A stretch of 64,000 nucleotides of DNA from Antedon mediterranea (taxonomy: Eukaryota; Animalia; Echinodermata), in contig NC_092678.1 in NCBI RefSeq assembly GCF_964355755.1, positions 14,968,371 to 15,032,370 of the forward strand, given 5' to 3'. Under the pieces are notes generated by a model, which was not told the DNA's origin, made no database searches, and saw nothing but the letters and a program-made list of their open reading frames with translations. Positions 13,402 to 25,620 of this stretch are shown here, piece after piece (within the stretch, counting starts at the first letter, position 1; every line of letters starts with the position of its first letter). The position numbers were made by a program, and so were the translations under genes.

Positions 13402-14218
13402 CAGATTTCCTCATCTTTATCGTTTCAAATTAATTAATTAAATTTCAGTATATCACCGGGCGGTTTAGAATTAATGTTTTTTTGCCTACTGTGTTTATAT
13501 ATAAAAGTATCTCTTCGGAGATCCCGCCACGTGAATAAAAATACTGTAAGATGAGGGCGTATCAATTTGATCTCTGTTGCGCGTGTGTACAACTGATGAC
13601 TAGTGTTGTTCCGTCGTACCACGCCGAGAGTGTTACATAGTCGATCCAATCGAGTTTGGACAATCCATGAAAGCCCCAGTGGTCTAATGGTTAGGGCAAC
13701 TGCATATCAAGACAGACGGTCCGAGTTCGAGTCTCGGTGGGGGCGACTTTTTCTCATTCTCACAGATTTCCTCATCTTTATCGTTTCAAATTAATTAATT
13801 AAATTTCAGTATATCACCGGGCGGTTTAGAATTAATGTTCTTTGCCTACTGTGTTTATATATAAAAGTATCTCTTCGGAGATCTCGCCACGTGAATAAAA
13901 ATACTGTAAGATGAGGGCGTATCAATTTGATCTCTGTTGCGCGTGTGTACAACTGAGGACTAGTGCTGTTCCGCCGTACCACGCCGAGAGTGTTAAAGAG
14001 TCGATCCAATCGAGTTTGAACAATCCATGAAAGCCCCAGTGGTCTAATGGTTAGGGCAACTGCATATCAAACAGACGGTCCGAGTTCGAGTCTCGGTTGG
14101 GGCGACTTTTTCTCATTCTCACAGATTTCCTCATCTTTATCGTTTCAAATTAATTAATTAAATTTCAGTATATCACCGGGCGGTTTAGAATTAATGTTCT
14201 TTGCCTACTGTGTATATA
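13402..14218 (+). mobile_element. Tandem array (partial unit plus 2 units, period 360 bp) of a TA-bounded repeat carrying an internal tRNA-like gene
   Basis: ataaaagtatctcttcggag at 13501 and 13861; other copies at ~17383-17505(-), 17835-18190(-), 18193-18406(-), 18443-18585(-), 41700-42120(+), 42600-42870(-). Confidence 0.85.
13673..13745 (+). tRNA. tRNA-like sequence, degenerate copy (second copy 14033-14104)
   Basis: A box TGGTCTAATGG, B box GAGTTCGAGTC, acceptor GCCCCAG/TGGGGGC, followed by ACTTTTT; anticodon stem damaged. Confidence 0.55.
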
Positions 14219-14594
14219 TTACATGTATTTACATGTCGTATTATGATCTACATTTGTATTGATTTGTACGTCGTTTTTATCTTGGTGGTATTATGTACTT
14301 TCAATCATATACAGTTTCTTCTTCCTTTCTTCTGTAATTCTGTATTATTCGGTGTACTGAGCTATGTTGTGTGTGCTGGAGAGGGAATATTCTTAGAGAA
14401 GACATGGACAGAAAAAATCATAAGTCAGTAAGTAATAAGGTTATTTTAGTTCATCCTTTGAACTTTGCTAACTTAATACTTACTGCTTACGCAGAACATT
14501 TCAAACACGACCACCAACCCGCGTCTAACAGGGTATGATATAGCCAATGTCTCGATATAACAGTCACGCTCTGTTATTACCTTCCCTTTGTCAT

Positions 14595-14632
14595 CCATGG
14601 AGGAAATATATAGATATATATTTCCTCCATGG
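14595..14632. repeat. Perfect 18-bp-arm palindrome CCATGGAGGAAATATATA-ga-TATATATTTCCTCCATGG
   Basis: Directly visible inverted repeat. Confidence 0.9.
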
Positions 14633-15049
14633 TCTACTGTCCTGTTGCATATAAAGTCCTTATTCTATATATAATATGCCTTCCTGTCCTTTTGTTATAA
14701 TGTAGTGAAGTGCAGACATGGACAGAAGGCAGTGAATACACACCAATGGAAGTAGGCCACTGTATTATAGAATATATTATTTAAATAAAGAAAGCTCAAA
14801 TTTTGGTGAGTCATTTAGATTGTTATTTTATAATTATGAATGTTATAATAGATTCTGTGTTATTTTACTTGTTGTTTATTAGAATGATGGTAAAGACATA
14901 ATTGGGACGTCTTTGATTAGTAACTTTTTACCAGCTTAAGTTTAAAGGTGTGTTCCGGAATACAATTTTCAATCTCTTATTTCTAATATTGTCTTATAAA
15001 AGGTGGAAACTGTATTTGAAAAATGAATGTGAATGCCCAATGCAAGAAC

Positions 15050-16685
15050 AAGGCTGTCAAACTTTGCCCAACTAGGTAACTGGTGGTATTCAAATTTTAT
15101 AAAATTAAACACAATGGTAAAGGATATTACCTCCAAATTTATGGCACATCGATGGGCACAACAATGGCGCCATTTATAAATGTATTGATGTGACAATTTG
15201 AGGCCAAGTTTCTGTTCCTCCAAGCTAATAAACCACATGTTTGGTTCAGATACATTGAAGACATCTTCTTGATCTGGACCCATAGTGAAACAAATCTGGA
15301 TTCATTTCTTCTGAATATTAATTAAGTTCACCCAACTATCAAATTTACAGCTACTAAATCCCTAGTAGCGTTGACTTTTTGGACACTATAGTGACCATAG
15401 AAAATGGTACATTCAAAACTGACCTATTCCGTAAACCCACGGATAAAATATGTTCCTGCTACCTAGCAGTTGTCATCCCCGACACTGTATCAAAACATAC
15501 CGTACAGTCAAGTACGTATCAGACGTTTATGTTCTTCAGATTTAGATTTTCAGAATCGTACAGAAAAACTAACCGGACATCTCCAGAATATAAATTGAAA
15601 CTGCTATAAAGAAAGCAAAGGGTATTCCTCAATTTCAGAAACTGACGTACAAAGCACGTCAGCCAAAATCGACCAGAGTGCCATTGGTCACAACCTATCA
15701 CCCTAGATTGCCTCAAATACAGGCCATTATTGAGAAACATATGCCCATTCTACAGTCCACAAAACGTCTCTGGACTGTTTTTTCCGGAACCACCCATTAT
15801 TGTATTTCGTAGACCTCCCAACCTTCGTGTTATATTAGAAAGATCCACATTTAAGAGTGAAATTAACTCTCATGACAGCCAAAATTTAGGCAGTCACCTT
15901 TGCGGAAAATCTTGCAAAACGTGTTCATTGGTTGACTACTGAAAATTTAAGAGTAACCAAACTGGCCGCATTTTTCGGATAAGACAATCAGTTCTTTATC
16001 TAACAAAAAACGCCATTTATCCCATATACTGTAATACTTATGGTAAACAGTATGTCGGGGAAACAAAAAACATGCTCCGTATGAGAATGACACAACACAG
16101 ATCATTTATCCAAACATTAAGCTTGATCAACCTGTATCCAAACATTTTAATTCAGCTGAACACTCGATTGCACATTTCAAAGTTAATTGTAATAGAACAC
16201 GATGTCAACTGCAGCGACAAAACTCGCAAAGACAAATAAAAGCTCTGGGAATTACTACTTAAAACCACAACATCTTTTGGACTTAACATTAGGAACCTAC
16301 TCCCAGATCGGTAAAATTACTCCATTGACTACCTAAATTTATGTTTCAATATTAACCACCTTTTAAGCAGTTTTTTAGTTTTATTCCTAAATTGTTTATA
16401 TCTACCAAGCTATCTTCCTTAGTTTTCTACCAAATACTATCTCCACCCTCTATTCACCAGCCTTATGCCTCTTTTGTTCTTTTTATTTTATTCCTGTCCA
16501 CTCAGGCAGCGCTTGCCTTATATACCTATCTACCTTCACTTGCATTGACGAAGGGACAGTGTTGCCCGAAACTTTGCTTGCTATTTTATTTTATCGTTTT
16601 GATTTTTTTTTTGTATCTCCATTGAGATCCAGCCTCTGATACACACAGCATTGTCATTTTTCAGTTTTTTGCCTTTGGATTTATA
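15050..16685 (+). mobile_element. Degenerate Penelope-like element: RT C-terminus, GIY-YIG endonuclease and 3' pLTR
   Basis: Frameshifted WFRYI, FLDTIVTIENG.FKTDLFRKPTD, FRRPPNLR, and NAIYPIYCNTYGKQYVGETK..LRMRMTQH (GIY-YIG, ~16010-16100). Confidence 0.88.
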
Positions 16686-17093
16686 CAATAAAACATAGAA
16701 ATCCATAGCTATTCAGTTCTTATACAATTTTGACCAATATTTACATGTATGAATGGTGATTTTTACAGGAAAATTGTTTATGGCCCATTTTTCAAATGGC
16801 AACAATTACAGTAGTTAGGAAGTTTGTTTTCTATTCAATTTGACCAAGCTCATAAAAATACAACGCGAGAGAAAATCAGGGAGACCTACATGGAATAAAC
16901 ATTGTAGAAGAAAAAACCTGATATTATTAAAATAATTGTTCAGTATAAAACATGGTGAAATGACAGGAAATATAGAATGTTACTGAGAAGAAATCGAAAT
17001 AATTGTTCAGCAGTAGAGGTATCATATACCAAACAGGAAATGCCAAGAAGCCCATGAATATTAATGACTTCCATAGAAATTTCCTAACCACTG
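16686..17093 (+). repeat. ~410-bp segment duplicated at 39890-40302
   Basis: aataaaacatagaaat...gaaatttcctaaccactgaa is near-identical at both loci, and each copy is followed by a (TA)n module cluster. Confidence 0.9.
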
Positions 17094-17122
17094 AAAAAGG
17101 GTTTTAACCATGAAACAAAACG

Positions 17123-17164
<42 letters not shown>

Positions 17165-17264
17165 GGAACATGATCTCATAATCGCGTCGAATATGAGCAC
17201 TGTTTCTATAATTTACAGTATGATTTATATATAATTTACACAGTGCTACGCAACTTCATTGATT

Positions 17265-17385
<121 letters not shown>

Positions 17386-17638
17386 AAATCAGGCACATAA
17401 CATTAATTCTAAACCGCCCGGTGATATACTGAAATTTAATTAATTAATTTGAAACGATAAAGATGAGGAAATCTGTGAGAATGAGAAAAAGTCGCCCCAA
17501 CCGATGTCCGCCTGCCGGCACAGAAAGAAAGCATTGTTACATAAAAGCTGACATTCCAAAAACATATCGCCTGTAAAATGCTAATTCTACAAGTAAATGT
17601 GCTTATAAGCAACGTCGTAATTGATTGTTCTCATTACA

Positions 17639-17687
17639 GTCTCCTGATGAGTGAGTTGCACGACTCACGAAACAAGCCTGCAGAGAC
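17639..17687 (+). ncRNA. Hammerhead ribozyme motif, degenerate at the cleavage triplet (second PLE-like family)
   Basis: GTCTC-CTGATGA-GTGAGTTG-ca-CGACTCAC-GAAA-CAAGCCTG-CA-GAGAC; stems I and II intact, expected UH is CA. Confidence 0.7.
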
Positions 17688-17781
17688 CAAACTGTAGTTT
17701 TTACTTCTTTTCCAGACTTAACGTATATTTTAGCTCTACTTTACCGTATTGAGCACTTTTTAGACTTACACTGAACCGAAC

Positions 17782-17835
<54 letters not shown>

Positions 17836-17938
17836 AAACACAAGAACATTAATTCTAAACCGCCCGGTGATATACTGAAATTTAATTAATTAATTTGAAA
17901 CGATAAAGATGAGGAAATCTGTGAGAATGAGAAAAAGT

Positions 17939-18010
17939 CGCCCCAACCGAGACTCGAACTCGGACCGCCTGCTTGATATGCAGATGTCCTAACCATTAGA
18001 CCACTGGGGC
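17939..18010 (-). tRNA. tRNA-like cloverleaf, anticodon ATC on a Glu/Asp-like scaffold (further copy 18305-18376)
   Basis: GCCCCAG TG GTCTAATGGTTAGGAC A TCTGC ATATCAA GCAGG CGGT CCGAG TTCGAGT CTCGG TTGGGGC G then ACTTTTT; 72 nt, all arms can pair. Confidence 0.6.
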
Positions 18011-18409
18011 TTTCATGGTATTGTTCGAACTCGATTGGATAACGACTCTTTAAGACTCTCGGCGTGGTACGGCGGAACAGCACTAGTCCTCAGTTATACG
18101 CACGTGCAACAGAGATCAAATTGATACGCCCTCATCTTTCAGTATTTTTATTCACGAGGCGGGATCTCCGAAGAGATACTTTTATATATATATAAACACA
18201 AGAGGCAAAGAACATTAATTCTAAACCGCCCGGTGATATACTGAAATTTAATTAATTAATTTGAAACGATAAAGATGAGGAAATCTGTGAGAATGAGAAA
18301 AAGTCGCCCCAACCGAGACTCGAACTCGGACCGCCTGCTTGATATGCAGATGTCCTAACCATTAGACCACTGGGGCTTTCATGGTATTGTTCGAACTCGA
18401 TTGGATATA

Positions 18410-18448
<39 letters not shown>

Positions 18449-18601
18449 AAATCACGCACAGAACATTAATTCTAAACACATCAGGCAATGAACATTAATT
18501 CTAAACCGCCCGGTGGTATACTGAAATTTAATGAATTAATTTGAAACGATAAAGATGAGGAAATCTGTGAGAATGAGAAAAAGTAATTTCGGTCAGTATA
18601 G

Positions 18602-18734
18602 TGTTACGGGCTCGCTCGTTAGGCTGAAACCAACAATAAGAACATAACAAAACATGTTGTAGTTGTCGTCCATCTTTATTCATCTCCCCTCTTTTACTCT
18701 AGAGGGCTCACTTCCGTGTGACAAACTCATCACA
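18602..18734 (-). repeat. 3' LTR (133 bp)
   Basis: Direct repeat of 23886-24018. Confidence 0.95.
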
Positions 18735-18997
18735 CACCCCCACTTAAAGAAAGTTTGATATGATTAAACTTATAACTGTTTACTATAACATCTTAAATCT
18801 TTTCTTATACAGTAGTTATTTTAACAGGTCGTTGATATGAATTTACTTCAACTGCTTCTTTAAAATTTCACAAGTTATAATTACTTTAAATCCCTGTATG
18901 CCATTAATGCATCACTCTATCACAATTAACATATTATAATTAAATAAACACTTTTAAAATCAACAAAACTTTTAAAATCATTTCATGCATGTTTTAT

Positions 18998-21900
18998 CTA
19001 AACTCTTGACAAAGCGTCAGCTACAACATTGTCTTTTCCTCTGATATGATGAATTTCAAGATTCATTTCTTGAACTGCTAAACTCCATCTCAACAAGCGT
19101 TGATTCTTGTCTTTCATTCTTGCCAAGAACGTTAATGGGTTGTGGTCAGTCCAAACTACAATTGGAAACGGAGTAGATCCAAGATACACTTCAAAGTGCT
19201 TTAACGCTGACATCAAAGCTAATGTCTCCTTCTCAACAGTAGAATAACGTTTCTCATGCTGGTTGAATTTTCTCGAGTAGAAACACACAGGCTTGTCAAC
19301 ACCATTCTCGTCTGTTTGCGCCAACACAGCACCAGAACCAACATCACTGGTATCGATCATTAACGAGAACTGTTTATCAAATTGTGGAGCCATCAACACC
19401 GGTTCGTTTGATAACATCGCTTTAACTTTAATGAACGCATTATTGCATTCCTCCAACCACACAAAGCTTGCATTCTTTTTCAGCAGATTCGTTAATGGAG
19501 CTACAAGCGTTGAGAAACTTCTGCAAAAACGTCGATAAAACCCAGCCATTCCCAGGAACCGCATTAACTCCTGCTTACTCTTTGGAACTGGGAAATCACA
19601 GACTGCCTTAATCTTAGCACTTAATGGTTTCACTTTTCCGCAACCAACTTTATGACCTAAGAACACAATTTCTGCACATGAAAACTCGCTTTTCACCAAA
19701 TTTACTGTCAACTTTGCAGCTGTCAACCTGTCAAACAATGCCTTAATTCTCTGCACATGGACATTCGATGTATCACTATAAACAACCAAATCGTCTATAT
19801 AAGCTTCACATCCCTCCAACCCTGAAATTATACCATTAACCAATCTCTGGAACGTGGCTGGCGCATTCTTTAAACCGAAAGGCATGACCTTATACTGATA
19901 AAGACCCATAGGAGTTACAAAAGCTGACACTTCTTTCGCATGCTCTGTTAAAGGAATTTGTCAGTAACCCTTTAGAAGATCAAATTTACTGACAAACTTA
20001 GCACTACCCACACGATCAATACAGTCGTCTATCCTCGGTATGGGATATGAATCTGTAGTAGATTTAGCATTAACCTTCCGATAATCAGTACAAAAACGAT
20101 ACGATTTATCTGGCTTCGGAACTAATATACATGGAGAACTCCAAGCACTGCAACTAGGCTCGATTAAATCATTCTTAATCATGTAATCAATCTCATCTTG
20201 TAATATCTTCATCTTGAACGGATTTGCTCTATATTGATTTTGTTTTATTGGTGAACAATCAGCTGTCTTAACATCATGCTCCACTAAGTTCGTTCGACAT
20301 GGAACATCCGAAAACAACTGCAGATTTCCAAATATCAAACTAACAATTTTAACCTTACTATCACGAGATAAATGACCAACTTTGTCTTCAATGTTTGCAA
20401 GGACATCTGAATTACTGAACTTAACACATGTATCAGGATCACCAAACTCTTCAGAATTCTCTTCAACAACACACGCAACTGGTGTTGACGTACAGGTATC
20501 ACTATTATTTCTCGCTGTGTATGGTTTCAACATGTTTATATGACACAATCGCTTCTTCTTACGCCTATCTGGAGTATCTAACACATAGTCAACTTCTCCT
20601 ACTTTTTCTACTACTTTGTAAGGACCAGCAAATCTTGCAGATAATGGTTGACTGGGAAGAGGCAACATAACTAACACTTCATCACCTGAATTAAAGCTTC
20701 TCTTTTCTGATTTCCTATCAAACAATCTCTTCATTTTACCCTGAGCCTTCACAAGATTCTTTCTAGCCATCTCACGAGCACGATTTAATCGATAACGAAA
20801 TTCAGACACATAATCCAGTATCGATACAGACTCTTCTGCATTCCCTAACAGCCTTTCTATGACTATTTTAAGAGGGCCTCGGACCGAATGACCATACACC
20901 AACTCAAATGGGCTAAACCCTAAGGACTCTTGCACTGTTTCACGAACAGCGAATAACAATAAGGGAACTCCCTCATCCCATTCCTTTTCACATTGAAGAC
21001 AATAGGTTTTAATCATATTCTTAAGTGTTTGATGAAATCTCTCAAGTTCCCCTTGAGACTGTGGATGGTAAGCACTTGAACTTATATGGGCAACACCTAA
21101 CTGCTCTAAGACTTGTTTAAATATCTTTGACATGAAGTTTGATCCTTGATCGGACTGAACAGCTTTAGGCAATCCTACCCACGTAAAGAATTTTACCAAT
21201 GCTTTAACAACATTCTTAGCTGTAATACGCTTAAGAGGAATCTCTTCTGGAAACCTACTTGATGCACACATTATTGTTAATAGATACTCATTTCCATTTT
21301 TAGTACGTGGTAATGGTCCCACACAATCAACAATAACCCTTGAAAATGGTTCACCGAATGCAGGAATAGGCTTAAGTGGGGCTACTGGAACCTTTTGATT
21401 AGGCTTCCCCACTACCTGACACGCATGACAGGATTTACAATAGTTAGACACATCTTTTCTAAGACCTGACCAAAAGAAATGCCTGAGAATTTTGTCTACC
21501 GTTTTATTGACACCTAAATGACCTGAAAGAGGATCATCATGCGCAATACCAATAATATCCTGACGGTATCCACTAGGAATAACTATCTGGTGAATCTCAT
21601 TCCAAACATCACTACTTGGAATATCTGGTGGCCTCCACTTACGCATAAGTATGCCATCCTTTATATAATAACAAACAGGAACAATAGACATTTCCTCTAC
21701 AGAAAGAGCTTTCTGACCAAATGACACCAAATCAGGATCTTTACTCTGCTCTTCCACTAACCTGGACCGATTGAGAACTGTCGGACCGAAATCACACACT
21801 TTTGGGTGCTGTTGTTCAGCCTGGGCAGTGTGTGACTCGGGACCTGAGCAGACAGCCTCTTGGGAAACGCGATCCGTAATGTCTCCGTAAAAACTATCAC

Positions 21901-23548
21901 ACAAGTCAATACTCTCATCCTCATCTATGGTTATGTTTGCCATAGATCGCGTCACCGCACATGATGGAAACACATGTAATAATTCTTTCTCTAAACACAC
22001 CGTGCTTTCGTCTTCAACATGACTTTTGCACACAACCGGTTCTACTGTCACTCTGTCTCCGGCCAAATCATTCCCCAAAAGGAGTGTGACACCCCATACT
22101 GGAAGACTCGGAACGACACCGACAACAAAATCTCCGCTAACAATATCTGTTTCAATCCGAATTACATGAAGTGGGACTTCCTTATAACCCCCTTCAACAC
22201 CTTGAATGAGCACACTTGCTCCAGCAGAAGACTCGTTTGAAAATGACAATGCCGATTCTATTATCAGGGATTGTGACGCCCCTGTGTCTCTTAAGACACG
22301 AACTTTACTCAGATTCACATCGTTGATCAATGCTACAGAACCAGTAGAGAGGAAAGGCTTAAATAGCTTTCGCACTTTTTCCGGACCTGAAGATTGGATC
22401 AACTTCTCACATTCATCAACGTCATGACTCGCTGTCACTTTCAACGGGACTGTATTTACTAACGTGTTTGGAAGTGATTGGGGTTTCTTATTATCCCCTT
22501 TAGATTTGCTTTGAAACAGCCAGCAATCTGCCTTTATATGACCCTTTTTCTTGCAGTAAAAACAAGTTCTGACAAATTTACTACTACTATTAACTGTAGT
22601 TTTCTGACTTTGGATCTTAGAATCATCAACAGATTTGGAAACCGATTTGGTATCCACCACCTTGTGCCTGAGCACATAATTATCGGCAACAGAAGCCGCT
22701 TTCATTAAATTATCAACTTTCTGCTCCTCTAGATGTGTTCGAACTTCAGTAGGGGAACAAGATTTAAACTCCTCAACTAACATAAGCTCACGAAGCTTTC
22801 CAAATTCACCCTTTACTCCTTCCGAACTACACCATCTATCAAAAAGAATCTGCTTCTTACGTGCATATTCTGTAAACGTTTGATCATAAGGTTTACCTAA
22901 GTTCCTAAATTTCTGACGATACGCCTCTGGAACTAACTCATAAGCTGACAAAACAGCAGTTTTAACCGCATCATAGCTTTCACATTGATCATCAGCCAAT
23001 GCAGAAAATACCTCTTGGGCTTTACCCACAAGAGCAGTTTGTAACAACACAGTCCAGTGTCTAGCAGGCCACTTTAATCTATTAGCAATTTTCTCAAAAG
23101 CTAAAAAATATGTCTCTACCTCGTCCTCATTAAACTTGGGAACCCATTTAATATTCTGAGTAATCTCTGAATCATTAGGTGTAGAAACCCGTGTGGTGTG
23201 ACCCATTTGGTTAGCTAATTCTAATTTCCTTAACTCAAATTCATGTTTTTCTTTTTCCATTTCTCTTTGAGTTTGCATCTCTATTTTTCTTCTTTCAAAA
23301 ATCAATTTTTCACGTTCCAACTCAATTCTAGCCAACTCGACCTCATTCCCCGCAGTTTTTACGGATTCATGAGTAATTAAACCAACATGATTTCCAATCA
23401 CATTTATCAAGTCATATTTATTCATGGAATAATTTATAGATGCTCCAACCCTAGTACCTAGGAGTCGCAAACGCTCCTCTGATAGCTGAGCTACCACCTC
23501 AATGGACATGCTATCCAAAAATTCCTCGTCAAAATCACTTTCTGCCAT
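18998..23548 (-). pseudogene. Gag-pol polyprotein with one in-frame TGA at 19961-19963
   Basis: Likely start MAESDF (23548). SCAN/capsid-like gag, CFYCKKKGHIKADC knuckle, LRDTGA protease, HHCC plus rve integrase and GPY/F, RT (DLLKGY*QIPL, YIDD), RNase H (DTSD..ETLAL..TDH..ADALSR). The two ORFs are in the same frame. Confidence 0.93.
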
Positions 23549-23864
23549 AGTTTCTATTTGAAACAAACAAACAAAAACACAGGTTAAAATAACCAATATG
23601 ACGATAATTAAGGCACCAGTAATGAAATACCTGCCAAGCCCACACAGTATTAAACCTACCGTGCGCCGTGGTCTCAATAACTAGACCCCTAAAATCAAAG
23701 CCAAACCGACTTCTACTACACAAGCCTAAAACAACAACACAGTGTACTGGCTCGACGACCGCCAAACCTCGTTCGTTATAAAACGTCTCTAAACCTAAAA
23801 CCAGCTTAGAATAAGTAACTAAAATTACCATCAGTTCGATCTACAACTACAATTTGTTACGTTG

Positions 23865-23882
23865 TTCCCGGATGACCCCCCA
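23865..23882 (-). promoter_or_regulatory. Primer-binding site, tRNA-Pro-like
   Basis: TGGGGGGTCATCCGGGAA just inside the 5' LTR; 3 mismatches to the canonical tRNA-Pro PBS TGGGGGCTCGTCCGGGAT. Confidence 0.75.
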
Positions 23883-23885
23883 ATT

Positions 23886-24018
23886 TGTTACGGGCTCGCT
23901 CGTTAGGCTGAAACCAACAATAAGAACATAACAAAACACGTTGTAGTTGTCGTCCATCTTTATTCATCTCCCCTCTTTTACTCTAGAGGGCTCACTTCCG
24001 TGTGACAAACCCATCACA
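23886..24018 (-). repeat. 5' LTR (133 bp)
   Basis: Direct repeat of 18602-18734. Confidence 0.95.
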
Positions 24019-24125
24019 ATAGTTCACTATGTCGGTCGGTCGGTCTGTCGGTCGGTCTGTCTGTCGGTCGGTCCGGTATCAATATGCATTGTAGCACGCG
24101 ACCTAATGGCTGTTGGCCTTGTTTT
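24019..24125 (+). repeat. (CGGT)n-containing short interspersed repeat (HINE/DINE-like), the target of the Gypsy insertion; related inverted copy at ~57437-57541
   Basis: atagttcactatgtcggtcggtcggtc...ggccttgttt versus the reverse complement of acaaggcc...ccgaccgaccgatatagtgaactgtag. Confidence 0.6.
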
Positions 24126-24355
24126 ATTCAAGATCCGTATTATAAATGCCATCATTTAACATTTGAGTTCAATTTGTATCTATCTTTGTTTTGTTCTTTT
24201 TTGTTGTAATTTGTTTTTTTATGTTTATCTTTTTTTATAAGTTTCAACTGACTAGATTAACCCAAGATATCTAAATTGCTTGATATTGTTTTCACAATTA
24301 TACCAATTATTGAATTTGTATACGTTGGGTATTGCAAATAATTGTTATTGAATTT

Positions 24356-24540
24356 TCAAAGACCAGTTAGGATCGCAGGCCGAATGTCAAAATACATAGC
24401 ATCACAATTTAGTTCTTCTGATATAAACCAGTAATCTAACCTACGATAAATATTCTTAACTTTTTGTCGCCATGTAAATTGGTTTTTATTTTCATTCTTT
24501 AACCTCCCCACATCTATTAGTTTTAAATTTTTCATTACAT
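24356..24540 (-). mobile_element. L1/Tx1-type endonuclease fragment
   Basis: LKLIDVGRLKN..NQFTWRQK..IYRRLDYWFISEEL..DIRPA. Confidence 0.7.
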
Positions 24541-25620
24541 TTTTAAGGTTAAAATGGATATGAAACAATATCAAAATATCAACAAAAATAATTTTATATG
24601 AATGCTTTAGATATAAAATAGCAACACACAAAAAATTAGGTTTAAATACATTGTAAAACTTGAGAGAAATAAATAAGATAAAATTCAGTGTAAAACCACC
24701 GACAGATGGCCGACCAACCATCATGCCATCTTGGATTTCATTAATGTTCTAAACAAACGTACGCGGAATCTTCCGATTAATTTAAAACGCCCGCTTTTGT
24801 ATCCACGGCAGCAGCTGTTTCGTGATTGGTTAAGAATGCCCAACTACAGCCAATGAGCTTCTTTCAAAGCAGACAGGAAGCGAACGTAAACAACATACGT
24901 CACACGAAACACACATGGTGTCAGCCGATTCTAGGCTAGGCCGGTCGCGAGTGTTTACATTTTCTCCGAAAACTTCGGTACATTCTACAAGATGAATCGT
25001 TGGTTCTTGAAGCCTCATTACAGTTTTACCTAGTGAAGTTTTTTGCATAAAAGCTAATATGATATAAGCCCAATGAAGGACAATGGTAGTAGTAGACGGC
25101 AAAAGAGGAGACCACCTCTTGAATGATGGATTGCCTCGAATATCACGCATCGTGCATTCCAGTAAACTAAACTAAAAGGGTGGACAATTTGTACCTGATG
25201 GAAAAAACCCGGGTAAGCGCTACTTTTTTATTGACTCTAAATAATGGCCATCATATAAACTGTAGTACAGTAGTGTTATTGAATATATGAATTATATTAT
25301 TTATTTAACCTTTTGTTTACTAAAAATACAGTACTGCTGTTAATTCAAGTCTATATGCCTACAGATTCCTCAAACTTTGTTTACTCGACAGACGACCATA
25401 CTTGACAGTAGCAGCTACCTATGTATGGTACCAGTCAAGTTTTTTAGGGGCTATAGCAATTACCTTTATATATATATATATATTATACTTACTATCTTTT
25501 CTTATCTTTCCAGATGGAATATTGACTTGTTGTGGCAAGAAACGCAAGGAATTAACTGATTTTACAGCATTATCAAATAAAACACTGTAACAATTATATA
25601 TCTATATAATTTTATATTTA

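Larger units (their letters stand above)
18602..24018 (-). mobile_element. Full-length Gmr1-like Ty3/Gypsy LTR retrotransposon (gag-PR-IN-RT-RH order)
   Basis: 133-bp TG..CA LTRs at 18602-18734 and 23886-24018 (2 mismatches seen), 4-bp TSD ATAG (18598-18601, 24019-24022), tRNA-Pro-like PBS, and purine-rich tract taagtgggggtg before the 3' LTR. Confidence 0.96.

Noticed and set aside
13593-13672. CTGATGA/CTGAGGA in the 360-bp unit as a hammerhead core
   Set aside because: No stem II closed by GAAA at a suitable distance and no stem I/III partner found
17886-18083. Recurrent small ORF MLFRRTTPR... (also at 13603, 41858, 42653) as a peptide gene family
   Set aside because: It is the translation of the tRNA-containing repeat; it has a non-ATG start and copies differ by frameshifting indels
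19961-19963. Programmed readthrough or selenocysteine at the in-frame TGA of the Gypsy polyprotein
   Set aside because: It replaces the conserved Trp of GYWQ inside RT; a TGG->TGA point mutation is the simpler explanation
24830-25150. 106-aa Cys-containing ORF as a host or transposon gene
   Set aside because: No recognisable domain or clear splice structure; left unannotated
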